Below are positions 1 through 9,439 of a stretch of 49,654 nucleotides of DNA, in pieces. Position numbers and translations under genes: made by a program. The notes beneath the pieces are model-generated. The model was not told where the DNA came from. It was given only the letters and a program-made list of their open reading frames with translations, and did not search any database. Within the stretch, counting starts at the first letter, position 1; every line of letters starts with the position of its first letter. The DNA is from Candidatus Cloacimonadota bacterium (GTDB taxonomy: Bacteria > Cloacimonadota > Cloacimonadia > Cloacimonadales > TCS61), in NCBI GenBank assembly GCA_030620155.1, contig JAUXFF010000003.1, positions 1 through 49,654 of the forward strand, in the 5' to 3' direction.

Positions 1-1
1 A

Positions 2-190
2 AAATACCTGCATGGAAATTTTGGAAAGGGAACTTTCACATTTTACGGAGGACATGACCCTGAGGATTATCAGCACAGGATAGGAGATCCTGAAACAGTG
101 CTTGAACTTCACAAACAGTCACCTGGCTACAGGTTGATTTTAAATAATATTTTGTTTCCTGCAGCGGAAAAGAAGAAGTTGAAGACTTGA
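2..190 (+). CDS. C-terminal end of a conserved FCB-group hypothetical protein (often auto-annotated as asparagine synthetase B); 5' truncated by the window
   Basis: Frame 2 reads KYLHGNFGKGTFTFYGGHDPEDYQHRIGDPETVLELHKQSPGYRLILNNILFPAAEKKKLKT-stop. The GGHDPEDYQH and SPGYRLILNN.LFPAA motifs are recognised from that family. Confidence 0.75.
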   Translation, partial: KYLHGNFGKGTFTFYGGHDPEDYQHRIGDPETVLELHKQSPGYRLILNNILFPAAEKKKLKT

Positions 191-306
191 TTATTACTGA
201 TGTTTAACGATATGTATACCACGTTCCATTGGGGACACGTTGTTATATGATGAAATCGGGCAATGAATAAAAAATTATACAACTAAAGGAATACTTCATA
301 AATATA

Positions 307-2148
307 TTATTTTACCGAAAACCTCATTCTTTTACTTAATAAAACCATATCTCTTAAATAATGAATATCTTCAGCATTCAACCATTTTTCTTCGAAATCA
401 TCTTGTTGAACAAGAGTAGCAATAGCAGCTAAAGTTTTCAGATGAAATGCTCTATCTTCTTTTGTCCCGATAAAAGCAAATACAGCTTTTACTGAATTTT
501 CTTTTGAAGTGAACTTAATACCTTCTTTACACCTGATGAGCATTAAGAAGAAATGACCACTACCTTCGATTATTATATGAGGAATGGCAATAAAAGGTGA
601 TATGGCAGTATTGCAATCTTCCTGCCTGTTTTTTAAAAGAGTAAAGATTTCTTCTTTATCTATCTCAATTTCTTTAGAAATATTTTCAGAAATTATTTCA
701 AAAAGCTGATCCATTTCAAGAGGACCATTTAAATCCAGAATTTTTGCAGTTTTAACCAGGTTATCAAATTTATCAGGTTTTATATTATCTCGATCACATA
801 AAATATCTCTAAATTCGGATTCCAAAATATGATCTGTCAACCTGTTATCCGTTATTCTTTTCAGCAAATGTAAAAGTGCATATTCACCTGCATATTTCTT
901 TCTACCGTAAAATAGATAAAAACTTACACTTATTAAAAGAAAAGCAACACTGATCTCGATTGCTTCGAGTCCAAGATCGATAATGAAAAATGAGAAAACT
1001 ATAATTCCAAAAATTTGAAGCCAGGGATATAAAGGTGCTTTAAAACTTGGTCTGTAATTCTTCAGCTTACTTTCTCTTAATATAATTACTGCAAGATTAG
1101 TTAAAACATAAGTAGTTAAAATAACAACAGAAGCTGCTTTTACCAGCATTTCCAAAGGTAACTGTAATGCCAGAACAATAAATAAACCGGTTATGAAAAT
1201 TGAGTGAACAGGTGTTTTAAATCTTTTACTGACTGTGCTGATAGCATCTGGCAGAAGATTATCTCTGCTTAAAGCTAATGGATAGCGGGATGCTGACATT
1301 ATTCCTGCATTTGCAGTTGTGATAAAAGCTAATAAAGCAGCAATCGAGATGATGATGAAGCCGGGTGTTCCGGCAATATTCTTTGCTGCATCCGCAATCG
1401 GTGTAAGTGAACCGGAAAATGTAGATGCTGGTAAAACCCCAACTGTCACTATAAGAATTAGAGTATATAGTATTGTAACAGTAATTACAGAGACGATCAT
1501 CCCAAGAGGAATATTCTTTTTGGGATTTTTAATTTCTTCAGAAACACTTGCTACTTTCAATAATCCACCAAAAGAAATGAAAATAAAACCTGTTGTTGCA
1601 AAAATCGGATTAATTCCTTTAGGAGCAAAAGGATAAAAATGAAATGTATTTATTTTAGAAAATCCAAAGATTATGTATAAAACCATTAAAATTAATAAAA
1701 CAGATACAAGTGAGACTTGAAATTTGGCAGCTTCTTTTATTCCAATCATATTCAATAAAATGAAAAAAATACAAACAAGAATTGAAGAGATCAATACAGG
1801 AAATCCTGTAACGATAAAAATTATCCCCGATATACCAAATATGGCAAAAGCACTTTTCAATGATAATGCAAACCAGCTTAAAAAACCGGAAATAGTTCCA
1901 ATAAACGGACCTAAACTTCTATTGATAAAATAGTAATCACCACCGGCTTTGGGCATAGCAGTAGAAAGTTCTATAATACTGAAAATTCCTATCAGAGCAA
2001 AAATTCCTGCTAAAAAATATGAAATAATTACTGCCGGACCTGTTCGAGCAAAAGCAAGTCCGGGTAAAATGAAAATTCCGGAACTTATCATCGCGCCTGT
2101 TGCGATGCTGAATACATTGAAGAAATTTAATTCTTTTTTTAGTTTCAT
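307..2148 (-). CDS. APC-family amino acid permease fused to a C-terminal PTS EIIA-like domain
   Basis: GAMISSGIFILPG and ELSTAMPKAGGDY motifs, about 12 hydrophobic segments; soluble C-terminus with IAIPH and HLKTLAAIA as in PTS EIIA type 2. Confidence 0.9.
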   Translation of the reverse strand: MKLKKELNFFNVFSIATGAMISSGIFILPGLAFARTGPAVIISYFLAGIFALIGIFSIIELSTAMPKAGGDYYFINRSLGPFIGTISGFLSWFALSLKSAFAIFGISGIIFIVTGFPVLISSILVCIFFILLNMIGIKEAAKFQVSLVSVLLILMVLYIIFGFSKINTFHFYPFAPKGINPIFATTGFIFISFGGLLKVASVSEEIKNPKKNIPLGMIVSVITVTILYTLILIVTVGVLPASTFSGSLTPIADAAKNIAGTPGFIIISIAALLAFITTANAGIMSASRYPLALSRDNLLPDAISTVSKRFKTPVHSIFITGLFIVLALQLPLEMLVKAASVVILTTYVLTNLAVIILRESKLKNYRPSFKAPLYPWLQIFGIIVFSFFIIDLGLEAIEISVAFLLISVSFYLFYGRKKYAGEYALLHLLKRITDNRLTDHILESEFRDILCDRDNIKPDKFDNLVKTAKILDLNGPLEMDQLFEIISENISKEIEIDKEEIFTLLKNRQEDCNTAISPFIAIPHIIIEGSGHFFLMLIRCKEGIKFTSKENSVKAVFAFIGTKEDRAFHLKTLAAIATLVQQDDFEEKWLNAEDIHYLRDMVLLSKRMRFSVK

Positions 2149-2392
2149 TCTAATCCTTTTAAATAACCTGAAAAATAATGTCCATTACTATGATGTAATA
2201 TCTTTTATAACATAATATAATTTGCCCTATAAAATTATGTAAAATTTTTTCTTTTTGAATCCATATTCCTGTTCCTATTTTTATTTTTGCTATTTGAATT
2301 GCTTCTTTCATAAAATATGTTTCCCAAACTAAAAAAAGTATGCATTAACTCTACCTTCAACTTCTTCATTCAACTTTTTCTTCTTCGATTTT

Positions 2393-2580
2393 TTAACGTA
2401 ATAAAAACATATCCAACATGGTAAATTTTAGCATTGTCACATCAATGAGACCACCTGGTCATGTATATACGATTATCTTTATGAGTTTATCAGGGAAACT
2501 TTCTTCTGCTTTATCTTTTTTACATGAAAAAAAATTAACATTAAGATGAGACATAGAGAAAACGTTTTTTCGTTGATTTT
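2393..2580 (-). pseudogene. Remnant of a TctC/Bug-like tripartite tricarboxylate transporter substrate-binding lipoprotein (N-terminus only)
   Basis: Minus strand reads KTFSLCLILMLIF, a frameshift in a T8 run, then FSCKKDKAEESFPDKLIKIIVYT-TGA-PGGLIDVTMLKF. This resembles the TctC start (YP.KPI.IIVP..PGG..D..AR). Confidence 0.6.
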
Positions 2581-2592
2581 ATCCTTTATGAA

Positions 2593-3645
2593 TTAATGAA
2601 AAAAAACATCCTGCAAGAAAACATTCTGCATAAAGAATAAAGCAATATAGGAAATTATTGCTGAAGCAACAGGAGTGGCAACCCAACCAATGCTGATCCG
2701 CCCCAGAACCTTAAAGTTTATATTTCTGGATCCCTTTGCCAGACTGATTCCTATTACTGAACCTACTACTGCCTGTGAGCTGGAAACCGGAACAAGCGGA
2801 AAGGAAGGTAAACCATTTGAAACAAGGAAATGTTTTAAACCCTGTGAGGCAAAAAGGAACAGAACAATTGAACTTGCTAAAACAACAACAAAAGCTGTAA
2901 TTGGAGATAGCTTGAAGATACTTGAGCCAACTGTCAGCATAACCTTTTTTGAATATGTAAAAACTCCTATAGCTATGGCAATACCTCCTAAAAGAAATAA
3001 TTGTTGTACGGAGGATAATTGGATAAAATTCCCAATTTGAATGTTATTGAAGGATGATGAGTTAATAAAAACACCCATTACATTTCCAATATTATTTGCT
3101 CCCAGACTATAAGCCCCAAATGCGCCAACAAGTATTAAGGCAATTCTTGTTAAAGAATCTAATCTTATTAAGTGGATTTTTGAATGTTCTACAAGATACT
3201 TTACAATATGAAACAGGAAGAAAGCAAATATGGCAGAAAGGATTGGCGAAAACACCCATGTTCCTACTATTTTTGTTAAGGAACTAATCCCTGTTGCTGT
3301 TTTTGAGAAAAAATTCCATCCGATAATTGCTCCAACAATTGCCTGGGAAGTTGAAACCGGTAATCCGGCTTTAGTCATCCACAATACAGTTAAAGCTGCG
3401 GAAAGTGCCACAATAAAAGCTCCTGCCAGTTCGTTCACAGTACCTAATTTTTCCAATGTGTGGGAAGCTCCTGCTCCACTTACAACAGCTCCGATTATTA
3501 TGAAAACGCTGCAAATTATAGCAGCAGTTTTGAATCTGACCATTTTAGTGCCAACTGCAGTGCCAAAAATATTGGCTGCATCATTAGCACCAAGAGACCA
3601 ACCTAAAAAAAGTCCACTTGATAAAAAAAATAAAATTCTCAACAT
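2593..3645 (-). CDS. pit: PiT-family inorganic phosphate transporter
   Basis: Duplicated signature GANDAAN / GANNIGN and PVSTSQA / PVSSSQA; highly hydrophobic. Confidence 0.93.
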   Translation of the reverse strand: MLRILFFLSSGLFLGWSLGANDAANIFGTAVGTKMVRFKTAAIICSVFIIIGAVVSGAGASHTLEKLGTVNELAGAFIVALSAALTVLWMTKAGLPVSTSQAIVGAIIGWNFFSKTATGISSLTKIVGTWVFSPILSAIFAFFLFHIVKYLVEHSKIHLIRLDSLTRIALILVGAFGAYSLGANNIGNVMGVFINSSSFNNIQIGNFIQLSSVQQLFLLGGIAIAIGVFTYSKKVMLTVGSSIFKLSPITAFVVVLASSIVLFLFASQGLKHFLVSNGLPSFPLVPVSSSQAVVGSVIGISLAKGSRNINFKVLGRISIGWVATPVASAIISYIALFFMQNVFLQDVFFH

Positions 3646-3671
3646 TAATTTATACTCTTAACATCTTTTTA

Positions 3672-4322
3672 TTATATTCTTCTTTTTATTGCATATATGG
3701 ATAATCTTTCTGCCACTGATTCTGCTACGTCGGAAATAAGAGCTATTTTTTCCGCAAAATATCGCAAATGAACTTTTTTACTGAACTGTTTTGTTTCACT
3801 TTTAAAAACTTTTCGTTTTAATTGTTCTTCCACATCATCAGCTTCATGTTCATAGAAGTGGACTTTATTTACGTAGTCATTTACCATACTAGGTTCTTTG
3901 AAAAAAGCACGTGCAGCTTTCACAACTTCTTCTACAGTTTTGGATGAAAGTTCAGCCAGGTCAAGAAAATCATGTTTTAAAAAATCAGGGATCTCAGGTC
4001 TCTCAATAGAGAATTGCTCTAAAACCTTTTCCGCTACATCAACAACATCATCCATTGTTTCCAACAAACCAAGCACATCTCCCCTGGACTCTGGTATCAG
4101 CATGTATGTATATAACTTATATTTGATCTCTCTTCTTACTTTATCAGCATCTGATTCCAGTGATGTGATATTCTGATATTCTTTTTCAAATTTATCAAAT
4201 TTTCCATTTACATACGCCTTAATACCTTCAAGGAAAATAAGTCCTGAATTTCCAACTCTGTCAAGATAAGCGTCAATATTGGCTTCCAGTTCTTTCGTCC
4301 TGCCCGTAAAAAATTTTATCAT
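3672..4322 (-). CDS. DUF47 / PhoU-like phosphate transport regulator
   Basis: LESDADKVRR, YEHEADDVE and ISDVAESVAERL helical repeats; directly upstream of pit, the usual pairing. Confidence 0.9.
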   Translation of the reverse strand: MIKFFTGRTKELEANIDAYLDRVGNSGLIFLEGIKAYVNGKFDKFEKEYQNITSLESDADKVRREIKYKLYTYMLIPESRGDVLGLLETMDDVVDVAEKVLEQFSIERPEIPDFLKHDFLDLAELSSKTVEEVVKAARAFFKEPSMVNDYVNKVHFYEHEADDVEEQLKRKVFKSETKQFSKKVHLRYFAEKIALISDVAESVAERLSIYAIKRRI

Positions 4323-4436
4323 TTTTTTTCTCCCAATATAATTTTAATAAGAAATAAATCGATCATATAATAATCCGTGTCTTAATCACTAAGTCCGGGT
4401 CCGCATGCTCAAGTCCAGCCTTATTCATTCTTATGA

Positions 4437-4796
4437 TTATCCTTTGTTTTTATTTAGTTCTTCGATCTTTTTCTTAGCTTCCGCAATCTTTTCCCAATTA
4501 TCTTCCCACTTGTTATATAATATTAGCGAGCCCAATTCAAGAATGTCTTTTAGCTTTGGCTCCTTAATGGAATAATTTATGTTTCTCCAATTCTTAGATT
4601 TTGATATGTATCCACCATCGTATAAGATTTTTAAATGTGCTGATAAAGTGTTCTGTGCTATTCCAATATTTTTTGCTAATTCTGTTACAGTCATACTTTT
4701 ATTTCCCATTAATGAGTAAATAATTTTAATCCGAATTTCATTAGAAATAATCGTAAATAATTTTGATAATTTTCTAATCACAAATTCCTCAATCAT
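4437..4796 (-). CDS. ArsR/SmtB-family transcriptional regulator
   Basis: FTIISNEIRIKII...MTVTELAKNIGIAQNTLSAHLKIL...YSI winged HTH. Confidence 0.88.
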   Translation of the reverse strand: MIEEFVIRKLSKLFTIISNEIRIKIIYSLMGNKSMTVTELAKNIGIAQNTLSAHLKILYDGGYISKSKNWRNINYSIKEPKLKDILELGSLILYNKWEDNWEKIAEAKKKIEELNKNKG

Positions 4797-4809
4797 ATTC
4801 TTCTTCCTC

Positions 4810-4849
4810 TCATATGATAAAAATCTGATATGATGAGGTTATGTGTCAA
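4810..4849 (-). promoter_or_regulatory. Putative promoter (TTGACA at 4849-4844) with an imperfect palindrome, possibly the ArsR operator
   Basis: TCATATgataaaaatctgATATGA (4810-4833) lies between TTGACA and the RBS of the ArsR gene; no canonical -10 seen. Confidence 0.4.
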
Positions 4850-4981
4850 GCGATTTTTTTTATATGCCTTACTTATTTAAGTATTTTAATATATTATAGT
4901 GATTTCGGTCTAAAAATAATTCTGGACAAACAATATGAAGTTATCTTTTTGACACAAAAATTATTCGTCAGGGAGAAGCTG

Positions 4982-6781
4982 GTGGGAAAAAATGATGATA
5001 AAATTAAAATAAAAGAAGATATTTTGGAAGAACCAGATATTGAAGTTGAAGATACAGAAAAAGAAGCTGAAAAACAAGTTGAAATATCTAATTCTGAACT
5101 GAAAGAAATAGCTCAGGATCAACAGGAAAAAATTCAGGAAGAAGTAAAGCAGGAAGATGTGATTTCTGAAGAAGTTTCAAAGGAAGAAAAAGAAATCGGA
5201 AAACCTGAAGTAGTCCAATCTGAAATTGAAGAAACCGATAGTGTTGAGGACAAGAAAGTCTCTGAAGAAGCCCAAATAGAGATCAAAGAAACCGAAGGTA
5301 TTGAGGATAAGGAAAAAACTGAAGATGATCAAGTTGAATTTGAGAAACCCGGAGATGTGGACGTGGTGAATGAATTTCCCGAATCGGAAGATATGAAAAG
5401 TTCTCAATTTGAACAATTACTGGAGGAATCACTGGTTAATATCAAGAATCTGGAAATTGGTGATAAAGTTGAAGGAGAGATCATCAATATTACCGATTCC
5501 TATATTTTTGTTTCTTTAGGTGGTAAACGTGATGCTTATACTGAGAAAATAGATTATCTGGATAAAGATGGTAAATTACCTTTTAGGGTTGGAGATACTC
5601 TCTCCGGGTATGTAGTAAAATATACGGAAACAGAGACCTGTATTGCTAAAAGCCTGGTTTCAGTTAGTAAAAGAGTACTCAAAGAAGCTTTTGAAGAACA
5701 AATTCCAGTAAGTGGAAAAGTGGTTTCTTTTACAAAAGGTGGATTTATAATTAATATTTCAGGTGTGAGAGCCTTTTGCCCCAAGTCCCAGATGGACTTG
5801 AAAAGAATTCAAGATGTAAAGCAATACCAGGGGAAAAATTACGATTTCATAATTATGGAGTTCAAGAATAATGGAAGAGATATTGTAGCCTCTCGAAGAA
5901 TTATCCTGGAAGTTGAAAATGAAAAAATCAAAAAAGAAATTATAGATAAACTTGAAATTGATTCTGTTATAATGGGTAAAGTGACCCGTCTTACAAATTT
6001 TGGGGCTTTCATCGATCTGGGTGGCATTGAAGGATTACTTCATATTTCACAATTTTCCTGGGCACGTATTGATTCTCCTTCTGAAGTCCTGAATATTGGT
6101 GATATGATCAAAGCTAAAGTAATAAAAATGAGTGGCGAAAAAATTTCATTGAGTATGAAAGCATTACAGGAGAATCCATTTGATATTGCGTTAAATGAAT
6201 TAAAAGTTGGCGATATAATAAATTGCCGGGTATTAAGAAATCTTCCATTTGGTTCATTTGTCGAGATAAAACCAGGTGTTGAAGGATTGATCCCAATTTC
6301 CGAATTAACTATGGGGCGCAGAATAACTCATCCGTCTGAGATTGTGAATGAAGGTGAATTTATTGAGGCTCAAATAATGAAAATCAATCCTGAAGAAAGA
6401 AAGATATCACTCTCCCTGAAAGCTTTGCAACCAGACCCATGGGATGATATTGATGAAATTTTTACTGAAAATGATATAGTTTCCGGCACGATCGAAAATT
6501 CAGCGAATTTCGGGATTTTTATAAAATTAAAAGAAGGTCTTGTGGGGCTTATGCCATCCTCTAAAATTAAACTTGCTGGGATTAAACTTGATAAATCAAA
6601 TGTTGGTGAAGAATTCAATGTTAGAATTGTCAGAATCGATAAAGATAATAGAAGAATATCTCTGGAACCTACAAATCTACCTGAATCTGTTGTTGAAGGA
6701 AAAGATGATTGGCACAAATACAAAAGCCAAAAAAAGAAAAAGAAAGTAATAGACGAAGATAGCCCCTTTGCTAACCTCTAA
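4982..6781 (+). CDS. rpsA: 30S ribosomal protein S1-like multi-S1-domain protein with a ~140-aa acidic N-terminal extension
   Basis: Five S1 repeats (e.g. RLTNFGAFIDLGGIEGLLHIS, PFGSFVEIKPGVEGLIPISE). GTG at 4982 preceded by GGAGA is preferred over the ORF-track start at 4841. Could be a paralogue rather than the main rpsA. Confidence 0.75.
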   Translation: MGKNDDKIKIKEDILEEPDIEVEDTEKEAEKQVEISNSELKEIAQDQQEKIQEEVKQEDVISEEVSKEEKEIGKPEVVQSEIEETDSVEDKKVSEEAQIEIKETEGIEDKEKTEDDQVEFEKPGDVDVVNEFPESEDMKSSQFEQLLEESLVNIKNLEIGDKVEGEIINITDSYIFVSLGGKRDAYTEKIDYLDKDGKLPFRVGDTLSGYVVKYTETETCIAKSLVSVSKRVLKEAFEEQIPVSGKVVSFTKGGFIINISGVRAFCPKSQMDLKRIQDVKQYQGKNYDFIIMEFKNNGRDIVASRRIILEVENEKIKKEIIDKLEIDSVIMGKVTRLTNFGAFIDLGGIEGLLHISQFSWARIDSPSEVLNIGDMIKAKVIKMSGEKISLSMKALQENPFDIALNELKVGDIINCRVLRNLPFGSFVEIKPGVEGLIPISELTMGRRITHPSEIVNEGEFIEAQIMKINPEERKISLSLKALQPDPWDDIDEIFTENDIVSGTIENSANFGIFIKLKEGLVGLMPSSKIKLAGIKLDKSNVGEEFNVRIVRIDKDNRRISLEPTNLPESVVEGKDDWHKYKSQKKKKKVIDEDSPFANL

Positions 6782-6814
6782 TAATATTTTTAAAGAATTG
6801 TATTATTGAATTCG

Positions 6815-6842
6815 AAAAGCCTGCTTTATAGCAGGTTTTTTT
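6815..6842 (+). terminator. Rho-independent terminator after the S1 gene
   Basis: aaaagCCTGCT-ttat-AGCAGG followed by a T7 run. Confidence 0.85.
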
Positions 6843-7132
6843 ATTGATAAAAAGAGAAGGAAATTTCACGCTGCCCCATATATTGAAACTCTAAAAAATT
6901 AGAATGTCTTTAATCTTTTTTACCATATCTGTTTTCAATTGTTTAAATATGATATAATTTAAATATTACCTAAAAAATATCTGCTTAATTATTAGAGAAA
7001 TATAAGAGGCACTTAGCCTTTGAACTTAAAAACACATATTTGTATTATTCCTTTTGATAATAATGAAATGTATCGGTTATTTATTACTAAATTAGTAAGG
7101 GGCAGTTTTGTTCCATCTGGATGGATATATTG

Positions 7133-8626
7133 CTATTTTAGAATCAGACATTTTTTTGTTTGTGTAAAAGCACCTGCCTGAATACGATAAAAGTAAATTC
7201 CGGAAACTAGATCTTTAATATCTAATTTCGTTTGATAACTACCCGGAGAATGAAATTGTTCAACCAAAACAGCAACTTCCTCGCCAAGGATATTGTAAAC
7301 TTTTATCGTCACCATTGCAATAACAGGAATATGATAGTTAATGGTAGTGTGACAATTAAAGGGATTAGGGTAATTTTGTGATAAATAACAAGAATGGAGT
7401 CCTTGTTCATATAAGGGGAAAACTTCTGATGGAGTTAAACTCTCTCCACTTTGGATATGATAAATATCATAATTTCCTGTATTCCCTCCTGTATTACATC
7501 CTATATGACCAAAACCCTGGTTATCAACTTTGAAAGAGGGATAAAAGTAATCACCACTTATAACAGAAGACACTTGCCAGTTGCCACTTTCCTCTTTATG
7601 GGAATAGAAAATGTTACCAGTATAAAAGTTACCACTTGTCTCCATCCATATTATGTGGGGATTTCCATTAGCATCCAGAGCAATAGAAGGATTTACAGCA
7701 CTATAAGTTAAAGAACTCAGTTCATAAGGTTCCCAAATTTGTCCATCTGGTTGATATAGATAATATACTCTTCCCGGGAATCCCCACCCGTCATTACCGC
7801 TAACAGCTAAATGTAAGTCACTATCATCTTCAATAACCAAAACAGATGAAAAATCATTAATATTACCGCTTACTATGATTTCATAACTCCAATTGCTTCC
7901 ACCGTAAGAGTCATTCCATGTATGATGAATATGATAGTCCCCATAGGTGCCACCTCGATAAACTATATGAGCAATTCCTTGAGAAGAAACAGCAATGTAA
8001 GGAGATGCTCCAGTTCCGTATGGTCCTAAATTACTTCCTACTAGTGTCTGAATGTCCCAATTAGTAGTATCGCCAAAAGCATATGCGATTTTATATTCTC
8101 CGGTATCCAGATCATCGGTTATCCAGGCTAAATGTATATTTCCCAAATTATCTACAGCAATTGTGGGGGAACAGTCCAATTGGGCATTGTAGGTTACTTG
8201 TTGTCTTTGCCATATCGATTCTGACTGATAAGCAAAATAAATCTCTGATTCCTGCTCAAAAACAATAAAAGGCTGAAAGGAAATAGACGAGAAGGCTAAA
8301 GCTGGAGAAGAAGATGATTGAGTCGAATCACTTACCTCTTGAGGAGGTAACCACACTCCAGTCGGACTATTAGTTGAATAATAAATATGCCAATTGTTAT
8401 CTTCTTGCATCTGTTTCCATACTAAATGAGCATAATCATTAGAGTCCAGATCTAAAGATTGAATTACTGTTTCCTTTCGAATTTGAGTGTTGGTGATGGT
8501 CTCGATAGTAGCATTTTCCCACTGTGCCCAAACTGGAGAAGTTCCTATTAAGAAGATGATGAAAATAATAAAACTCCTTAATAATCTAAAACTATGAACA
8601 TTATTAAAAACTATCCATATTTTCAT
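7133..8626 (-). CDS. Secreted beta-propeller-like protein with a T9SS type-A-like C-terminal sorting domain
   Basis: Signal peptide ending VWA-Q; repeated P.IA.D..G..H..W blades; C-terminal QNYPNPFN...VYNILGEEV...SGIYFYRI...KKCLILK; AAGGAGG RBS. Confidence 0.85.
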   Translation of the reverse strand: MKIWIVFNNVHSFRLLRSFIIFIIFLIGTSPVWAQWENATIETITNTQIRKETVIQSLDLDSNDYAHLVWKQMQEDNNWHIYYSTNSPTGVWLPPQEVSDSTQSSSSPALAFSSISFQPFIVFEQESEIYFAYQSESIWQRQQVTYNAQLDCSPTIAVDNLGNIHLAWITDDLDTGEYKIAYAFGDTTNWDIQTLVGSNLGPYGTGASPYIAVSSQGIAHIVYRGGTYGDYHIHHTWNDSYGGSNWSYEIIVSGNINDFSSVLVIEDDSDLHLAVSGNDGWGFPGRVYYLYQPDGQIWEPYELSSLTYSAVNPSIALDANGNPHIIWMETSGNFYTGNIFYSHKEESGNWQVSSVISGDYFYPSFKVDNQGFGHIGCNTGGNTGNYDIYHIQSGESLTPSEVFPLYEQGLHSCYLSQNYPNPFNCHTTINYHIPVIAMVTIKVYNILGEEVAVLVEQFHSPGSYQTKLDIKDLVSGIYFYRIQAGAFTQTKKCLILK

Positions 8627-8644
8627 AAGGACCTCCTTTAATAT

Positions 8645-9439
8645 TTAAACATCTAGACCTTTAATTAAAGGTAACTCTATACCAACGATTTTCTTTATAC
8701 TCTCTTTCCATTTAATTTTATTATTAAGCTTGTATTTTTTATAGAGAATTAATATGTTTTCATCTTTTTGCCACTCAATTAATTGTGTAGCCCTTTTTAT
8801 TGTTTCAAAATCATTTATTCCATTCAGTTTTAATCTTCGTAATAGAAAATTTGCTTTACCCAACCATATTGCATCAGTAACAAAAGGTAATATTATTTGT
8901 ATTAAATCTTCAATGTTATTATCTAACATTGGTTCACATGAAATACTTGTATTAAAATTATTATTATAAGCGTATTTAACTGATTCGAGTCTTTCTTTAA
9001 AATCTGGTGCACCAGGTTCCCAGAATTTTAAAATTTCAGAATTACTAGAACCAATAGTAAATCTGAATAATATTTTTTGTTTATAGTTATTAAATTTTCC
9101 ACAAATTTCAGTAATGCATTCTAAGTGAGGTTTAGTAACTATTAATACTTTATTTCCGGGTTCTAAAAGATGTTCCAGATATTGAATATTTTCTTCTAAA
9201 TGTTCAGGATGAATATCATGAGATGAAGGATACATAAAAGTACCAGAATGTTTGGAGAATTTCTTCTTTAATTGAATGTTTCTTACTTCTTCTTCTTTCC
9301 AGTTTTCAGGTGTTTTCCTTTTAAAACGAATTGCCATTTCTTTGCTGTAGCAGTACTTGCAATCATGTTTACAGCCATTTATAAAATTAGCTGTTTTATC
9401 TGCCCATTCATGAGTGCCAAAAACTTTCTTATTTATCAT
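8645..9439 (-). CDS. Radical SAM protein, DUF5131 (gp37/gp68)-like
   Basis: EWADKTANFINGCKHDCKYCYS (CX3CX2C) and SISCEPML; overlaps the tcmP stop by 4 nt (ATGA). Confidence 0.8.
   Translation of the reverse strand: MINKKVFGTHEWADKTANFINGCKHDCKYCYSKEMAIRFKRKTPENWKEEEVRNIQLKKKFSKHSGTFMYPSSHDIHPEHLEENIQYLEHLLEPGNKVLIVTKPHLECITEICGKFNNYKQKILFRFTIGSSNSEILKFWEPGAPDFKERLESVKYAYNNNFNTSISCEPMLDNNIEDLIQIILPFVTDAIWLGKANFLLRRLKLNGINDFETIKRATQLIEWQKDENILILYKKYKLNNKIKWKESIKKIVGIELPLIKGLDV

Noticed and set aside
2-190. Calling the partial gene asnB
   Set aside because: The fragment shows no asparagine synthetase catalytic motifs; the family label is probably a propagated annotation
200-250. Integron attC-like site (gtttaac ... 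gttatat)
   Set aside because: Weak internal pairing, single copy and no integrase in the window
2459-2461. Selenocysteine or readthrough TGA in the TctC-like fragment
   Set aside because: An upstream frameshift and early loss of similarity indicate decay; no SECIS-like hairpin is evident
4841-4981. ORF-track N-terminus of the S1 protein
   Set aside because: No RBS and it overlaps the divergent promoter region; GTG at 4982 has a GGAGA RBS
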